A stretch of DNA of 44,920 nucleotides from Ministeria vibrans ATCC 50519 (Eukaryota; Protista; Filasterea). The position numbers and the translations under genes are program-made. The notes beneath the pieces were generated by a model. That model made no database searches. It had not been told where the DNA came from and saw only the letters and a list, made by a program, of their open reading frames with translations. The number at the start of each line of letters is the position of its first letter. Position 1 is the first letter of the stretch. Of this stretch, positions 23,305-37,317 are shown piece after piece. The DNA is taken from assembly GCA_943704425.1 (NCBI GenBank), contig CALSCP010001887.1, forward strand, positions 1 to 44,920, in the 5' to 3' direction.

Positions 23305-26300
23305 TCAGGGACCGGGAACAACAGCAGGCACAACACCATTGCCGGTGCGGTAGATCAGAATGTCGCCGTCGTTCGTTGCGCCGTCCCACTCACTCCAAAT
23401 GCGACCCACAGACAAAGACTGTTTGATACGCGGATCGAGTGGCTGTAGACGACGACACAGCTCAACCGCCGAGATCACCCTCTCCCCTGCTTCAAATACC
23501 CTCTGCTTGGGTCCCAGTGCGTCCACCAGCAGCTGTGTTAACATCGTTCGCTTCTTGTCACACCACGCCGGTGCGTCCTTGATCGTACTCGTGATCATCT
23601 GCCGTCCATGACCCGCCACAGGCGCACCCTGCCGTCCCATCGTCAGCTTCTGCTCGACACGCAGTGCTCCCGCGCTGCAGAAATCACACACCACAAGTAC
23701 ACTGCACCCGCGCCACTCCACCTCATCCTGAAGTATTTGGTAGAGAGAGGCCAATGAGAAGCGAGTGACTCGTCCACCAAGCGTCGTCTGCGCATCACTC
23801 AACAAAAGTCCTCCTTTGCTGTCCTCCACGCCATGACCCAATAGGTGCACGACAAGCAGCGTGTCTTCGCCGGCACTCGTACCCACATCCTGTGCAAGCG
23901 CCCGTGCTGCAACCGTGATCGCGCTTTTGGTCACCCGGTCTCCCTGGTGTCGGTCAACAACAGTGCGCACTTTGAAATTCCGATTGGTCCACAGTTCAGC
24001 AAGCTTGTCGACACTGCGGACGACGCCGGGCAAACTGGGATACCCTTCAAGCACAGTATTGACCTTCCTGCCATACCGACTCACCCCAATAATCAATGCT
24101 GCCGCGTGGGTGTACACTGGAGAAGCACATGTAGCTATATAAATAAAAATCAGTGAAAGTGCATATTTTCGCATTCATACCATTTGGCTGTGCGGCCACC
24201 CACCACTCTTCCAGTCGCTCGTTGCACACTCGCTCGCCAGGATGCGCTGCCATCTCCGCCCGCACACTCTCCATTTGTCGGTAGTGCGCCGGTGTACGTG
24301 CAACTTCTTTTGGTGGGAACAGCGGTGACTCGCTCTTGAGTGGGTGGGCCGGCACAACCACAGGAGTGCCACGCCATCCCCATCGCAGTGACCGCGTCTG
24401 CTCACACACCTCCACACAAATCTGCTTCACAGTGCGCTGCACCCGATCTGCGTCACTGTCGTCCATCACGTCAATGCGCACAAACGACTCGTTGGCATTG
24501 AGCCGCACTCGCACAGGCGCACACCCCGCCATCGTCATGGCATTGGTGCATCGCTGTGTCGCCCGGATTGGACTGTTGAGCAGCGACGTGCGCCACAACG
24601 CCACCATCAGCAGATGAAACGTCGCAAGCGAGACGGGAAGCAGCTCGTCGTTGACAAACTGGAACAGGAAGAGCTGAGCGGGCACAACGACAGGAATGTC
24701 GAGGAAGGCAGCGTGGTGGGGAAGAAGCATGGGCACAAACAGACGGTCGTCGCGACGGAGAGCAAGACATAGTCGCTCAAGAGAGAGCATGAAGGAGGGA
24801 ACATCGGTGACATCGGCGCCAGCAAGGAGGGGAACAAGGTCAGGCTCGGGTGCAGGAAGAGAGTCAATGACAGGTTCGGAGGGATGAGAAGGTACGCTGT
24901 GGCGGTCAGACTCAAGCTCGGAACTCGACGGCTTGTCAAAAGCTCGGAACAGTTTTGCCCAGAACGAGAGAGTCTTTGTAGACTCAGAGGGCACAGCGAC
25001 AGGCGACGGCACAGGCTCGGCAGGAGGTGACACTGTTTGTACTTCCACCTCAGCCTCACGGGAAACAGCAAAGAGCTCTCCAGCACGACTGGACGGCGCA
25101 GTCCACACCAACCACTCCGCTACCTCCGCCGGAAACCCACTCTCAGACTGCTCTTTCGACGCGTCCAGCTCGCCCAGAAGCCGCGTCGTCCGCTGTATTC
25201 CATCGTCTGCGTGCTCCACTCCAGCTGCAGTCACCTCGCGCAACATCGTCTGCGCTCGCTTGCTCGTTGCGCGTCCCCACTGCGCCATCACCACCGAGCA
25301 CAACAGTTCCAGCGCTCCAATCAGTCGCGGCACATCAAACACAATCGTGTCCGTCCCCTTCACAACCTCACTCGTCGCATCCTCACGACACACCAGAATG
25401 TCCGCAGCACTCTCAAGATACGGTACAAGACCCTCTCGTATCGCACTCTCACTCGCCAACATCCCCCCCAGTCGCACCACCGGATCGTCGTTCAGCTCCA
25501 GTCCGTCCAGTGAACTCACACTCGACAGCAGCGGCACACGTCCCATTCGCGCCCATCGTCCAATCAGATCCTGTGCCGCCACAAACTCAAGCGGCAGTGT
25601 GCGATTACGCACAGCCTTGTACATCGCCGTGCTCACTGCATCCAGTCCAACTCGCTCACGGCTGCCCACCTGAAAAAACGGCACACCCCGTGTCTCGCGT
25701 GGCATCATCAGATGACTGCCAAGCACAGGTCCGACCAATCGCAAAATCTCACGCGAAACAAGCGAAACCAGATCGTCAGGGATAGTGTTCTCGGCGAACG
25801 TGTCAATGTGAGTGCCGACAATGATGACGCGGAAGTACGACTTGGCCGTGGTGGGCACCTGATGTGCAATGATGTCCGCCCACTTCGACAGGTGCTCGTA
25901 CTGTCGTTGCGCCTTGAGAGCATCGTTCATGACAGACAGGTCAAAGACAAGCACATACACCGACTCGGAGCCCATGAACAGTGCTGGAAGTGAATCGTAC
26001 ATCGACTCACCTGTCGGCAAAAACAGATCAATATTCGTCAGCACTTGCACAGGAAATGACTCCACTTTGTCTTACCTGCAAAATCAAAGGTGTCTATGTC
26101 TACGTGCTCTTCACGCAGCTCGCTCTCCAACAGTCCTCGCACAAATGCCATCTCCGTTGACATTGTGGGCTCAGCCGACGGTGCGACTGTGGGCGCGTCA
26201 CGAGATGGTGCACTGCTCACACTCGCTGGTCCAGCGTCTGCATGCGGAGCTGAAGTAGTAGGTGCAGCTGTGGTTGATGGGTGGTGAGGATCAGCCGCGT

Positions 26301-28199
26301 GGGATGGGCCAGCTGCCTCCTCATCAGCGCTGCTCGTGTCCTCCGCCACTTCCCCTTCCTTCTCCTCCGTCTTCACCCCCATCACACTCCTCAGATGAAA
26401 CTCATCCACCGGCACACTCACAAACACCCTCATTCCCTCGTGGTAAACCATCCGCAGTTTGTGCAGGCGCGTTGCCACCGACCGGTCCTCTTCGCCCGGC
26501 AGTGTCTCGCCCCTCAGCGCAGCCACCAGAGCAGTCTTGCCCGCCTCCGTCGCACCCAAAAACAGCACTTTGATCGACCGACTCACCACTGACCCACGAG
26601 CCAGTGCCGCAGAGAACGCAATGTCGGAAGGACGCAGAATGACACTGAAAGAAGAAAAGCGAGTCAATGAGTACTACATCGGTGCATTCTGTTGGATGCA
26701 GTTACGGAATGTTCAGCTCATGTGTGGGCCATTGTGCCTCACTTCCGTCTTCACAGTGCGCAATGAGTGTCTTTCCATCCGACGACAACTCAATCGCTGT
26801 AATGGTGCTACATGTTCAATACGAGGTCAGTTACACACGTACAAATAGTGTGTTTCGTACCTGTCTGTCGCACTGAGTGTCTTGAGCTGTGTTCCCTTTG
26901 CAACGCTCAGTACTTTCAAGATGTTATTTGAACCATGGAAAATGGTCTTTCCATCACGAGAGACACACACTCGTCGAAAACCGCTGAACACAAAAAACAA
27001 ATGTGTCATCTTACAATCTCAATCTTGTTTTTGCTTTGATTGTGTACTCTGAAAAGTCCACAAAAGTGCGCACACACTCTCCCGAATGCACATTCCACAC
27101 TCTGACTCCGTCAGACCCACAACTGACCACATGCGACCCATCAGAGCTATACACTGCTGATGCGACACCACTAAACCAAAATCCAGTCAGTCACTTCCAT
27201 TTCTCTCTTCCCATTCTCATACCCAAAATGACCAGTCAGTGTTTTTGTGCACTCTCCACTAACACTTGACCATAGCTTGATTGTCTTGTCTCCCGAAGCA
27301 CTGAGAATGGTCTTTCCATCGAGTGAGAATCGCACTGACCAAACCCACCTACAAATCCAATTCCATTCCAAATCCAATTCCCATTCACTCTCTTTCTCTT
27401 ACCCTTCGTGTCCCTTAAATGTCTTTTCGCACTCTTTCCTCTCAATGTTCCACAACTTCACTGTCTTGTCAGCTGAGCCACTCAGTGCTTTCTTTTCATC
27501 CGGTGAGAATTGCACATCCAACACATAACTACAACAAGAGTGAAGATCAACTCACACAAACACTGAGTCACAATCAATCGTACACTAAGTGTCCCTCTAA
27601 TGTGACTTTGCACTCTTCTCTTTCAATGTCCCACACTTTCACTGTCCCGTCACCAGAACCACTCAGTGCCTTTTTGCCATTGCGAGAGAACACGCCAGAA
27701 TACACATGGCTAAAACAAAAAATCACAACAGATTCCACGAGTGAACATTTCTTACTCTTTGTGTCCTTTCAGTGTCTTTTTGCACTCTCCACTCTCAATG
27801 TTCCACACTTTGAGTGTTTTGTCCCACGAAGCACTCAGAACACTCTTTCCATCGCATGAAACATCGACAGTGTAAATCACACTACGAATAACAAACAAAC
27901 AGTCAAAGTGATCCCAGCCAAAAAGTGTCCACTCACCTTGTGTGTCCTTTCAGGTTACGCACTAATGTTTGGTCTTTGGTCCTCCACACTTTCAGCTCTC
28001 CATCCCCTCCTCCACTGATAATCGACGTCCCATCAGGTGTCACTGCCACACCGCAAATGCCCTTGCGGTGTCCTTCGATCGACGCCAGAGGACACTCAAT
28101 CTGATCAGTTCCCGTCTCACTCTCACCAAACAGAATCACTCTGTTTGTGTGCGGATCCGCATACGCAACAGCACACTCGCCGATGCGCACGAACGGCAT
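23305..28199 (-). CDS. WD40 - Roc GTPase - COR - caspase-like (peptidase C14) multidomain Roco protein, 11 exons, ~1441 aa
   Basis: Exons 28199-27937, 27881-27756, 27709-27584, 27528-27403, 27348-27223, 27170-27048, 26983-26861, 26807-26706, 26644-26076, 26010-24181 and 24116-23305 join in frame through GT-AG introns (4326 nt). WD40: GH...W repeats. Roc: [18 protein letters not shown]|[24 protein letters not shown]-like: [17 protein letters not shown]14: [22 protein letters not shown]. Confidence 0.88.
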
Positions 28200-29011
28200 T
28201 CTACACCACCAAAGACAACGCTCAATCGTTGCAAATCGCCCTTTCGACTTCACTCGACGACAAAACAATCAAATCATTCGACAAAACAAAGAGTGAAACC
28301 GTTTTCGTTCCAAAATCCCAAAATCCACAAACAGTCATTCACAACGACGGGAGGGCATGCCACCCCCTCCGTACACGCCGACTGCACCCCCCCTGCCACT
28401 GCGTCGCATCGCATCATTTCCCAAAATAAAATATGTTCGACTGATTTTCGTCCCACAAAAAAAAAAACAAAACACTCAAACTTTTGAAGGTCAGCACAAA
28501 ACGACTCAGGACGCACAGACACACACTGGCACAGCGCACAATACAAACATGCGTACCTGGGCGTGTCGGTGGTCGGTCGCAGTGGGCGCAAACGGAGCAG
28601 AGAGTGCAGTTCGTGGCGGAAAAGAAGTCACACTCTACAACACACCATCAGCATCACTGTGCTGCTGCGTGCGGTGCACCACATCCAATGCGTACCTACA
28701 ACTTCTTAGAGTGCTTCAAATGAAATTAATAATTATTACAAATAGTCTATTCACTATAATTATATTTTTATTATTATTATTATCTATTCGTCTCGGACTT
28801 GTTATGACTTGTTATGATGTCAAAAACTGCCCAAAGAAAGAAAGATCGTAGATTGTAATCGCATGCGGCGGGCGGCATGCCTGTCGCATACTATCCAAAA
28901 AAAATAAGAAAGAATGAATAAACTAAAACGGTATTTGTGGGCAAAGTCTGGCTCATTAAAATATTATTATATTATTGTGTATTAAGAGAGAGTCCTGTCT
29001 CTTTTCCATCA

Positions 29012-32000
29012 TCACTTCTTCTCGCCGTACTTTTGCTTGCGCAGGTCGGTCAAGTGACGACGGGCATTCTCTAGGACTGTCTCCGCCTCAAGCACACGCA
29101 TCTGGGCCTCAATTTCGGCGGCCTGGTTCGCCTTGACGCTCTTGGACGTAGCTTCCCCCCGCTGCGGCTGGATGATGCGCACTGTCTGGCACAGTTCGTC
29201 GAGATCCTCGCCCACACGACGACCACAGTCGGCAAGTGTCGACTGCTTACCCTTGTCCGGACACTTGTTGCCACTGGCGAGCACGAGCTGTTGCACACTT
29301 CCGTTGACAATCTTGGAGGCAGCAATGACCGCTTCGAGCTTCTTATCGCCCGCCGCCGACTCCTTGGCAGTGCGACACAGGTTCTGCACACTTTCCGCAA
29401 CCACCGTTGCACAGCTCACCAGACCCTGAGCCCATGTTCCGTCGTCAAAGTATGCGTTGTCGCTTTTGGCCAGTTTCAGACCGGCTTCATCAATGGCCTA
29501 AAAAACAACACAAAAATTAATGAGTGTATTTTTTCGAGGGTTTATTGTGGACTGTACCTTTTGACAGTTGTTTGCGGCCTCCACAAGATCACCAGTAGAC
29601 GATCCAATGCGACGAACGGCGTCAAAGAGAGCGCGCTCAAGCTCGGACGCGGGCTTGTCGGGGGAGCCGGACAAGTCGAGCGATTGCATCGCCAGACGAA
29701 TCGAGTTCTGCACCATGTCCATTTCCGACTGAATCAACGCCTTGGCTGTCTTGCGTTGTCGCTCAATTGCGTTCTTTTCGTTCTCTTGCGCTGCTAGTTC
29801 CGCCGCGGCGCGAGTTTCAGCAATGGCACGAGCGACCGCCTCGCGATGCTCCTCCGTGAGCCTGTTGAGGTGCAGCTTGTGTTCCTGGCTCAGTCGCGTG
29901 CGTTGCTGTTCATGCTCGGCCATAAGCTGAGCTGTTGTCTGTTGCGCCACTGCCGCCTTACGCTCCTCCTCGGCGCGCTTCTGCAACAACTCCGCCTCGT
30001 GTGCTTTGGCCAAGGCGGCGTGGCGGAGTGCCTCGGCGTCGGCCACCGCCTCTGTTGCATCAAGAATGTCAATGAGTGCCTTGGCAATGTCGGCACCAGC
30101 AGCACCTACAGCATCGGCCGACGGGGGTGGCATGGTCTGCACCAACTGAGCCAGTGACTGTGCCTGCTCAACACAGTGCTGTACGGCACCCGCCAGCAAC
30201 ACGCGGTCGCTGGGATCGCTCACGGCATGCACCGTCTCCGTTGCAAGGTCGACAAGGCCACTGAGGTGACCCACAACAGCATCGAGGGCTGTGTCACCCT
30301 CGTCAAAGAGCTGCCCGTCCACATGGCTAACAGTGGCTAACACGAGAGCCTTGCTGCCGGACGACACCACCTCGGCCTGATCGACAAGGAGCAGACGCCA
30401 CGCGTCAAACTGCTCCGTGTCGACGGCAAAGCCCGCACGCTCCACCGTACCGACGAGACGCGTCGCGCGCGCCACCAAATCTTTAAAGCGCGGTGCATAG
30501 AACGCACCGGCGGCACAGCGACTGTCGGTGCCGACGGCCATGTCGTGGAGCTCGGGCGGGATGATGTCCACATCAAACTTGACTGGGTCGACTTCGGGAA
30601 GAGGGTCGAGGTCGCAGAAGTCGGCAGGAATGAGCCCCACAATGCCCTTGGCGTTGCGTGCGAGGTACCAGTCGGGGGGCAATTCGGGACCTTCCATCTG
30701 CAGCACGAAGAGACGGTCGCCCTCGCGGGTGTTGAGCTCTTGCGGGCGTTGCGTGACGTGCTTGTACTTGCAAGTGGCCTGACGGGCAGGGTCGCGCAGG
30801 TGGCCCAGGATGGAGCGCATAGCGACGCGACGTTGCTCCTGCATGGTCGTGGCCACCTTGGACAACACAGAGGCACCCTGCAAGAACAAGTCACGTTCGC
30901 TGGTCACCAGGTCCACCAGACCCTGAAACTGCTCGTCCTCGAGGCGGCACGTGAAGTTCAGAATCAATTCGTAGGCGGCTTTGGACGACTGGTCATACTA
31001 CGGAGCGATAGAAAGGTCGAGTAAATACAGAGAGTATACACTATTTGATGGGAGGGAGTGGCGAACACCTTTTCAATAAGTTCCGTGACGCGTTCTTCGT
31101 TCTTGCGGACCGTAGCCGGGTCGGCCTTTGAGCTACGTGCGTAGCTCTCCGTTTCGCTGCGCAGTCGGTCGAGCAGCTTTCGGTCCGACTCGACGGCCTT
31201 GATAGCCTTGGCAATAGCGGGCATGTCGCCGCGACGCATGTGTTGGTCCATGGGGTAAAGAAAGAACTCACGGGCGTGGCGCTCGAAGGCGACCTGGTGT
31301 GTGGCTATGGAGAGGTGAGCCTCGGAGCAGACGCCATACGCGACGCCCAGCGAGTTGTCTGTGCCCAGCACTCCTGCCATGTCGCCCAGCACACGTCCCA
31401 GCTTGCCAATGGCCACACGGTCCGGTCCGCTCGTCTTGAGCAGGTCTGTCTTGCCGAACGAGAGCATGCCGTCTTGCGCCGCCTTGGGGTGGAAGTACTT
31501 GAGCGTTCGTGTCTCGACGTCCTTGTGGTGCTCCTGGAGGCGTTTCAACAAAGACTACAGGGAAGCACACACATAGATGTATAATGTGAGTACGAGAAAG
31601 AAACAAAGAAAAGAAGCAAAAAAAAAGAAAGAAGAAGATACCTCTTGTTCGAGGATGGACGCGTACTCAGCCTTCATTTTGGACAGCGGTTCGGTTCGCG
31701 AGAGCTTCTCGGCGACAGACTGCAGGGAACGCCAAGCGAGACGGTGAGACGATGACAAGGAGCGAGGGGAGTGAATGGGTTGCTTGTACCTGATGGAGAA
31801 TGGCAAAGGCGCGGCCGACGGCCATGGTGGTGGAGAGGGGACGACTGCCAGCGTTGGATTTGGCTTTTGAGGGCGATTCCGTGGGGTGCAGGAGGAGCTT
31901 TGTTGTGGTTGCGCCTTTGGTCTTGCGTGAGAGCATTTGTGGAGAGGACGGGGTGCTGCTGATGGCAGGGCGTTTCTCGGCGTCTGCGCTGGCGCTCTTT

Positions 32001-32335
32001 TCGGCATCGGCGGTTGCGATTGTCGGTGCGGTTGTGCTGCGCTCGATCGAGGGCCGATGCGCCGCGGTGCCGGCAGACGCGGCCGACGTCGACGGTGCGG
32101 CTGCTGGCTTGGGCACAGGCGAGGTGGCGGGCTGCGGAACGGGGGGAGGCGGGCGAGTAGGAACTGTGGAAAAGGGTTTTAAGGGAAGGGGTTCCGATGA
32201 CAAGGAAGACGAAAGGAGAGACGGAAAGGCTGGGGAGATCTTACGAGGCTTTGTTGGGGAGAAAGTTGGAGGTGGGGCGGGCGGCGAAGAGGGCGGTCCG
32301 GGCGCCGGACGACCTGGAGGGCATTTTTTGTCCAT
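29012..32335 (-). CDS. Pro-rich - BAR - SH3 - helical/coiled-coil - I/LWEQ (talin/HIP1R-type actin-binding) protein, multi-exon
   Basis: Endophilin-like BAR (LGVAYGVC...FLYPM...DMPAIAKAIKAVESDRKLLD...EDEQFQGLVDLV). SH3 (YKHVTQRPQELNTREGD...DWYLA...GLIPADF). I/LWEQ (DDGTWAQGLVSCA..VA, VIAASK.V..SVQQLV.AS, EIEAQMRVLEAE..LENARRHLTDLRKQKY). The two internal splice joins I checked are in frame. Confidence 0.8.
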
Positions 32336-32885
32336 GGCTATTGGTAAGGGAAGGGGGGGGGCGAATCGGAGATGAATGGAGAAGGAGGGAGTGTGTGTAT
32401 GTGGAGCGGGGGAAAGAGGATGGGAGGGAGGAGAGAGGAGAGAACGTAAAGCTTTTGATTTGTGACAAAAGTCAAAAGTGATTAGGCTGTCTGTCGCTAT
32501 CGATTATCTCATCTTGTCTCGAACTTTCGAAGTCAACAGTCAAAACTCAAAAGTGATTTGTTGCTGATTGCTTGGTAGGTAGTGTGAAGTGTGGGGCGTG
32601 GTGTGCGATGGAGTGTTGAGTGAGCTCTTTGTCGTGATGGGCTGTTTTTGGCTGGCGTACTGGTGATGGTTGCTGTCGACGCAGTTGGCATGGCGCTGGT
32701 GGAGTCGGAGGTGCGTCCGTGCTGGGAGGGCTGCAGGGTGACGGCGAGATGAAATAAAAGTGAGCGGTGGGTGCGGGAGGACGCGTCCTGCGAGTGTATT
32801 TAGGCTGCATGCGCACGCCAAAAAAAGGCCACGGGGAAAAAGAGAAGCGTTGCGGTTGACAGAGGGACTCGCAGAGTTCTCTGTG

Positions 32886-35575
<2,690 letters not shown>

Positions 35576-35721
35576 TGAGCTGTACTAACTTTGTTAATAA
35601 TAATAATTAGTTCTAATAATATTAACATTCTTCTTCTTATTATTATTATTGATACTCACTTTTGCATTCTTCTCGCCTCTAATCCCTGTGAATATTAGCC
35701 CAACGTAAGTGTGGGACACAC

Positions 35722-36275
35722 GAAACCACTTGTGGGGGTCAAGGAGGAAATGACTCAAGAGAGCGCGCTGGAGAAAGAAGGGGGTCTGCAGATGAGTGGG
35801 AGCGCTGAGTGAAATAGAATACAATTCGATTACATTCGACTATGAGCAAATATACATATATGAAATCACTTGTGGGGGTCAAAGAGGAAATGACTCAAGA
35901 GAGCGCGCTGGAGAAAGAAGGGGGTCTGCAGATGAGTGGGAGCGCTGAGTGAAATAGAATACAATTCGATTACATTCGACTATGAGCAAATATATATATA
36001 TATATAATTACATACATATATGAAATCACTTGTGGGGGTCAAAGAGGAAATGACTCAAGAGAGCGCGCTGGAGAAAGAAGGGGGTCTGCAGATGAGTGGG
36101 AGCGCTGAGTGAAATAGAATACAGTNNNNNNNACATATATGAAATCACTTGTGGGGGTCAAAGAGGAAATGACTCAAGAGAGCGCGCTGGAGAAAGAAGG
36201 GGGTCTGCAGATGAGTGGGAGCGCTGAGTGAAATAGAATACAGTTCGATTACATTCGACAATGAGCAAATATATA
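35722..36275. repeat. Four near-identical ~120-160-bp tandem units spanning an N gap (36126-36132)
   Basis: The unit GAAATCACTTGTGGGGGTCAAAGAGGAAATGACTCAAGAGAGCGCGCTGG...GAAATAGAATACA starts at about 35722, 35862, 36022 and 36141. Confidence 0.9.
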
Positions 36276-36284
36276 TCAGCGGTA

Positions 36285-37007
36285 TCAGGGGATATTGAGG
36301 AAGTCGTATTCGGAAAAGAGAGCTTGGACAGTGGCGTGGACAGGGCGAAGGACTGCAACGAGCTCGTTCAGCGTCGGCTTGAGGGTGTCAGGCGCCAGTT
36401 GCAGATCCTGGGTGAGACGCGAGCGAGCGGGCAGCGTGTACACTGCCATGGAGACGCCACGCCGCACCAGCCAGGGGTGGTACTGCGACAATGTGGTCGA
36501 GTAGGCACTTGAAGCCATGGCGGGAAGCTTCTCAGAGTCGTTGGACTCGACAATCTTCTCAAAAAAGACCACAAGAAACTCTGGAGGAACGGGAGTGAGT
36601 GTGGCGGTGGTTGTTCTTCGCGCTTACCAAGGGCGCGGTGGAGGCGAAGCATGCTTCGCGAGCCGGGCGTGCTCCCGCGCGTTTCCTTTTCAAAGCGGCA
36701 CATCTGGCGGACGGTGGTGTACTGCTCGGGGTGTTCTTGCGCGCACGTTCGCAAAATGGAGATTTTCGACACAACGTCGCTGTTGATAAAGCCAAACATC
36801 TGCGACGAAAGCGAGGGGGTGAGGAGCCATGCAGAGAGGAGCGGTGGTCGCGTACACTTCCCATCAGCCCAAACACGCGCGAGAGGTACTCAAACGCGTC
36901 GACCCAAGCGCCAAAGTGACAGTCGTCCTCTTGGTGCACACTGCTCCACAGTTCAACCGACTAAGCGCAAACATGTCAGACGCAGACCCAAGCCGTTCGT
37001 TCTGAGT

Positions 37008-37061
<54 letters not shown>

Positions 37062-37089
37062 TTGAGAGGAGAAAAGGATCGTCGGACAT
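36285..37089 (-). CDS. Glycolipid transfer protein family; ceramide-1-phosphate transfer protein (CPTP/ACD11)-like
   Basis: FGFINSDVVSKISIL, GSRSMLRLHRAL and AYSTTLSQYHPWLVRRGVSMAVYTLP. ATG 37089. Confidence 0.88.
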
Positions 37090-37317
37090 TTCGTTTGGTG
37101 TTCAAACTGAAACGAGCGACAAAAACGAAGGTTGAATAAAAATGTGGTTTTCTATTTTTATTCTCTGTTTAGAATTTAGATGTATCATGTGACTTGTAGC
37201 CAGTACTCCGTACTCAGTAGCTAATAAATCTAGCTATAACCAGACTAGTGTAAACTACAAGGACTACATTTATTTAATGATTCCTTTGATCTGATTAATT
37301 TTGTCATGACATGTTGT

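Noticed and set aside
20233-28199. Operon-like defence cluster (Roco-caspase + methyltransferase + Sel1 protein, all on the minus strand)
   Set aside because: These are intron-containing eukaryotic genes with their own AT-rich spacers. Co-orientation of three genes is expected by chance, and the paralog at the window start has a different downstream neighbour (PhyH).
28484-28723. Possible upstream spliced exon(s) of the Roco gene, one frame Cys-rich (CDFFSATNCTLCSVCAHC)
   Set aside because: Splice-like signals are present, but I could not build an in-frame link to ATG 28199. It may be 5'UTR or chance, and needs RNA data.
35722-36275. Possible CRISPR-like array
   Set aside because: The units are long and essentially identical throughout, with no unique spacers. 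The context is eukaryotic and there are no cas genes.
36285-37089. GLTP-family gene as the HET-C-like partner of the WD40 receptor (by analogy to Podospora het-c/het-e)
   Set aside because: The analogy is tempting, since HET-C is a GLTP recognised by WD40 repeats. However, the gene is ~8 kb away with unrelated genes in between and looks like an ordinary CPTP/ACD11 housekeeping member. There is no sequence evidence for a link.
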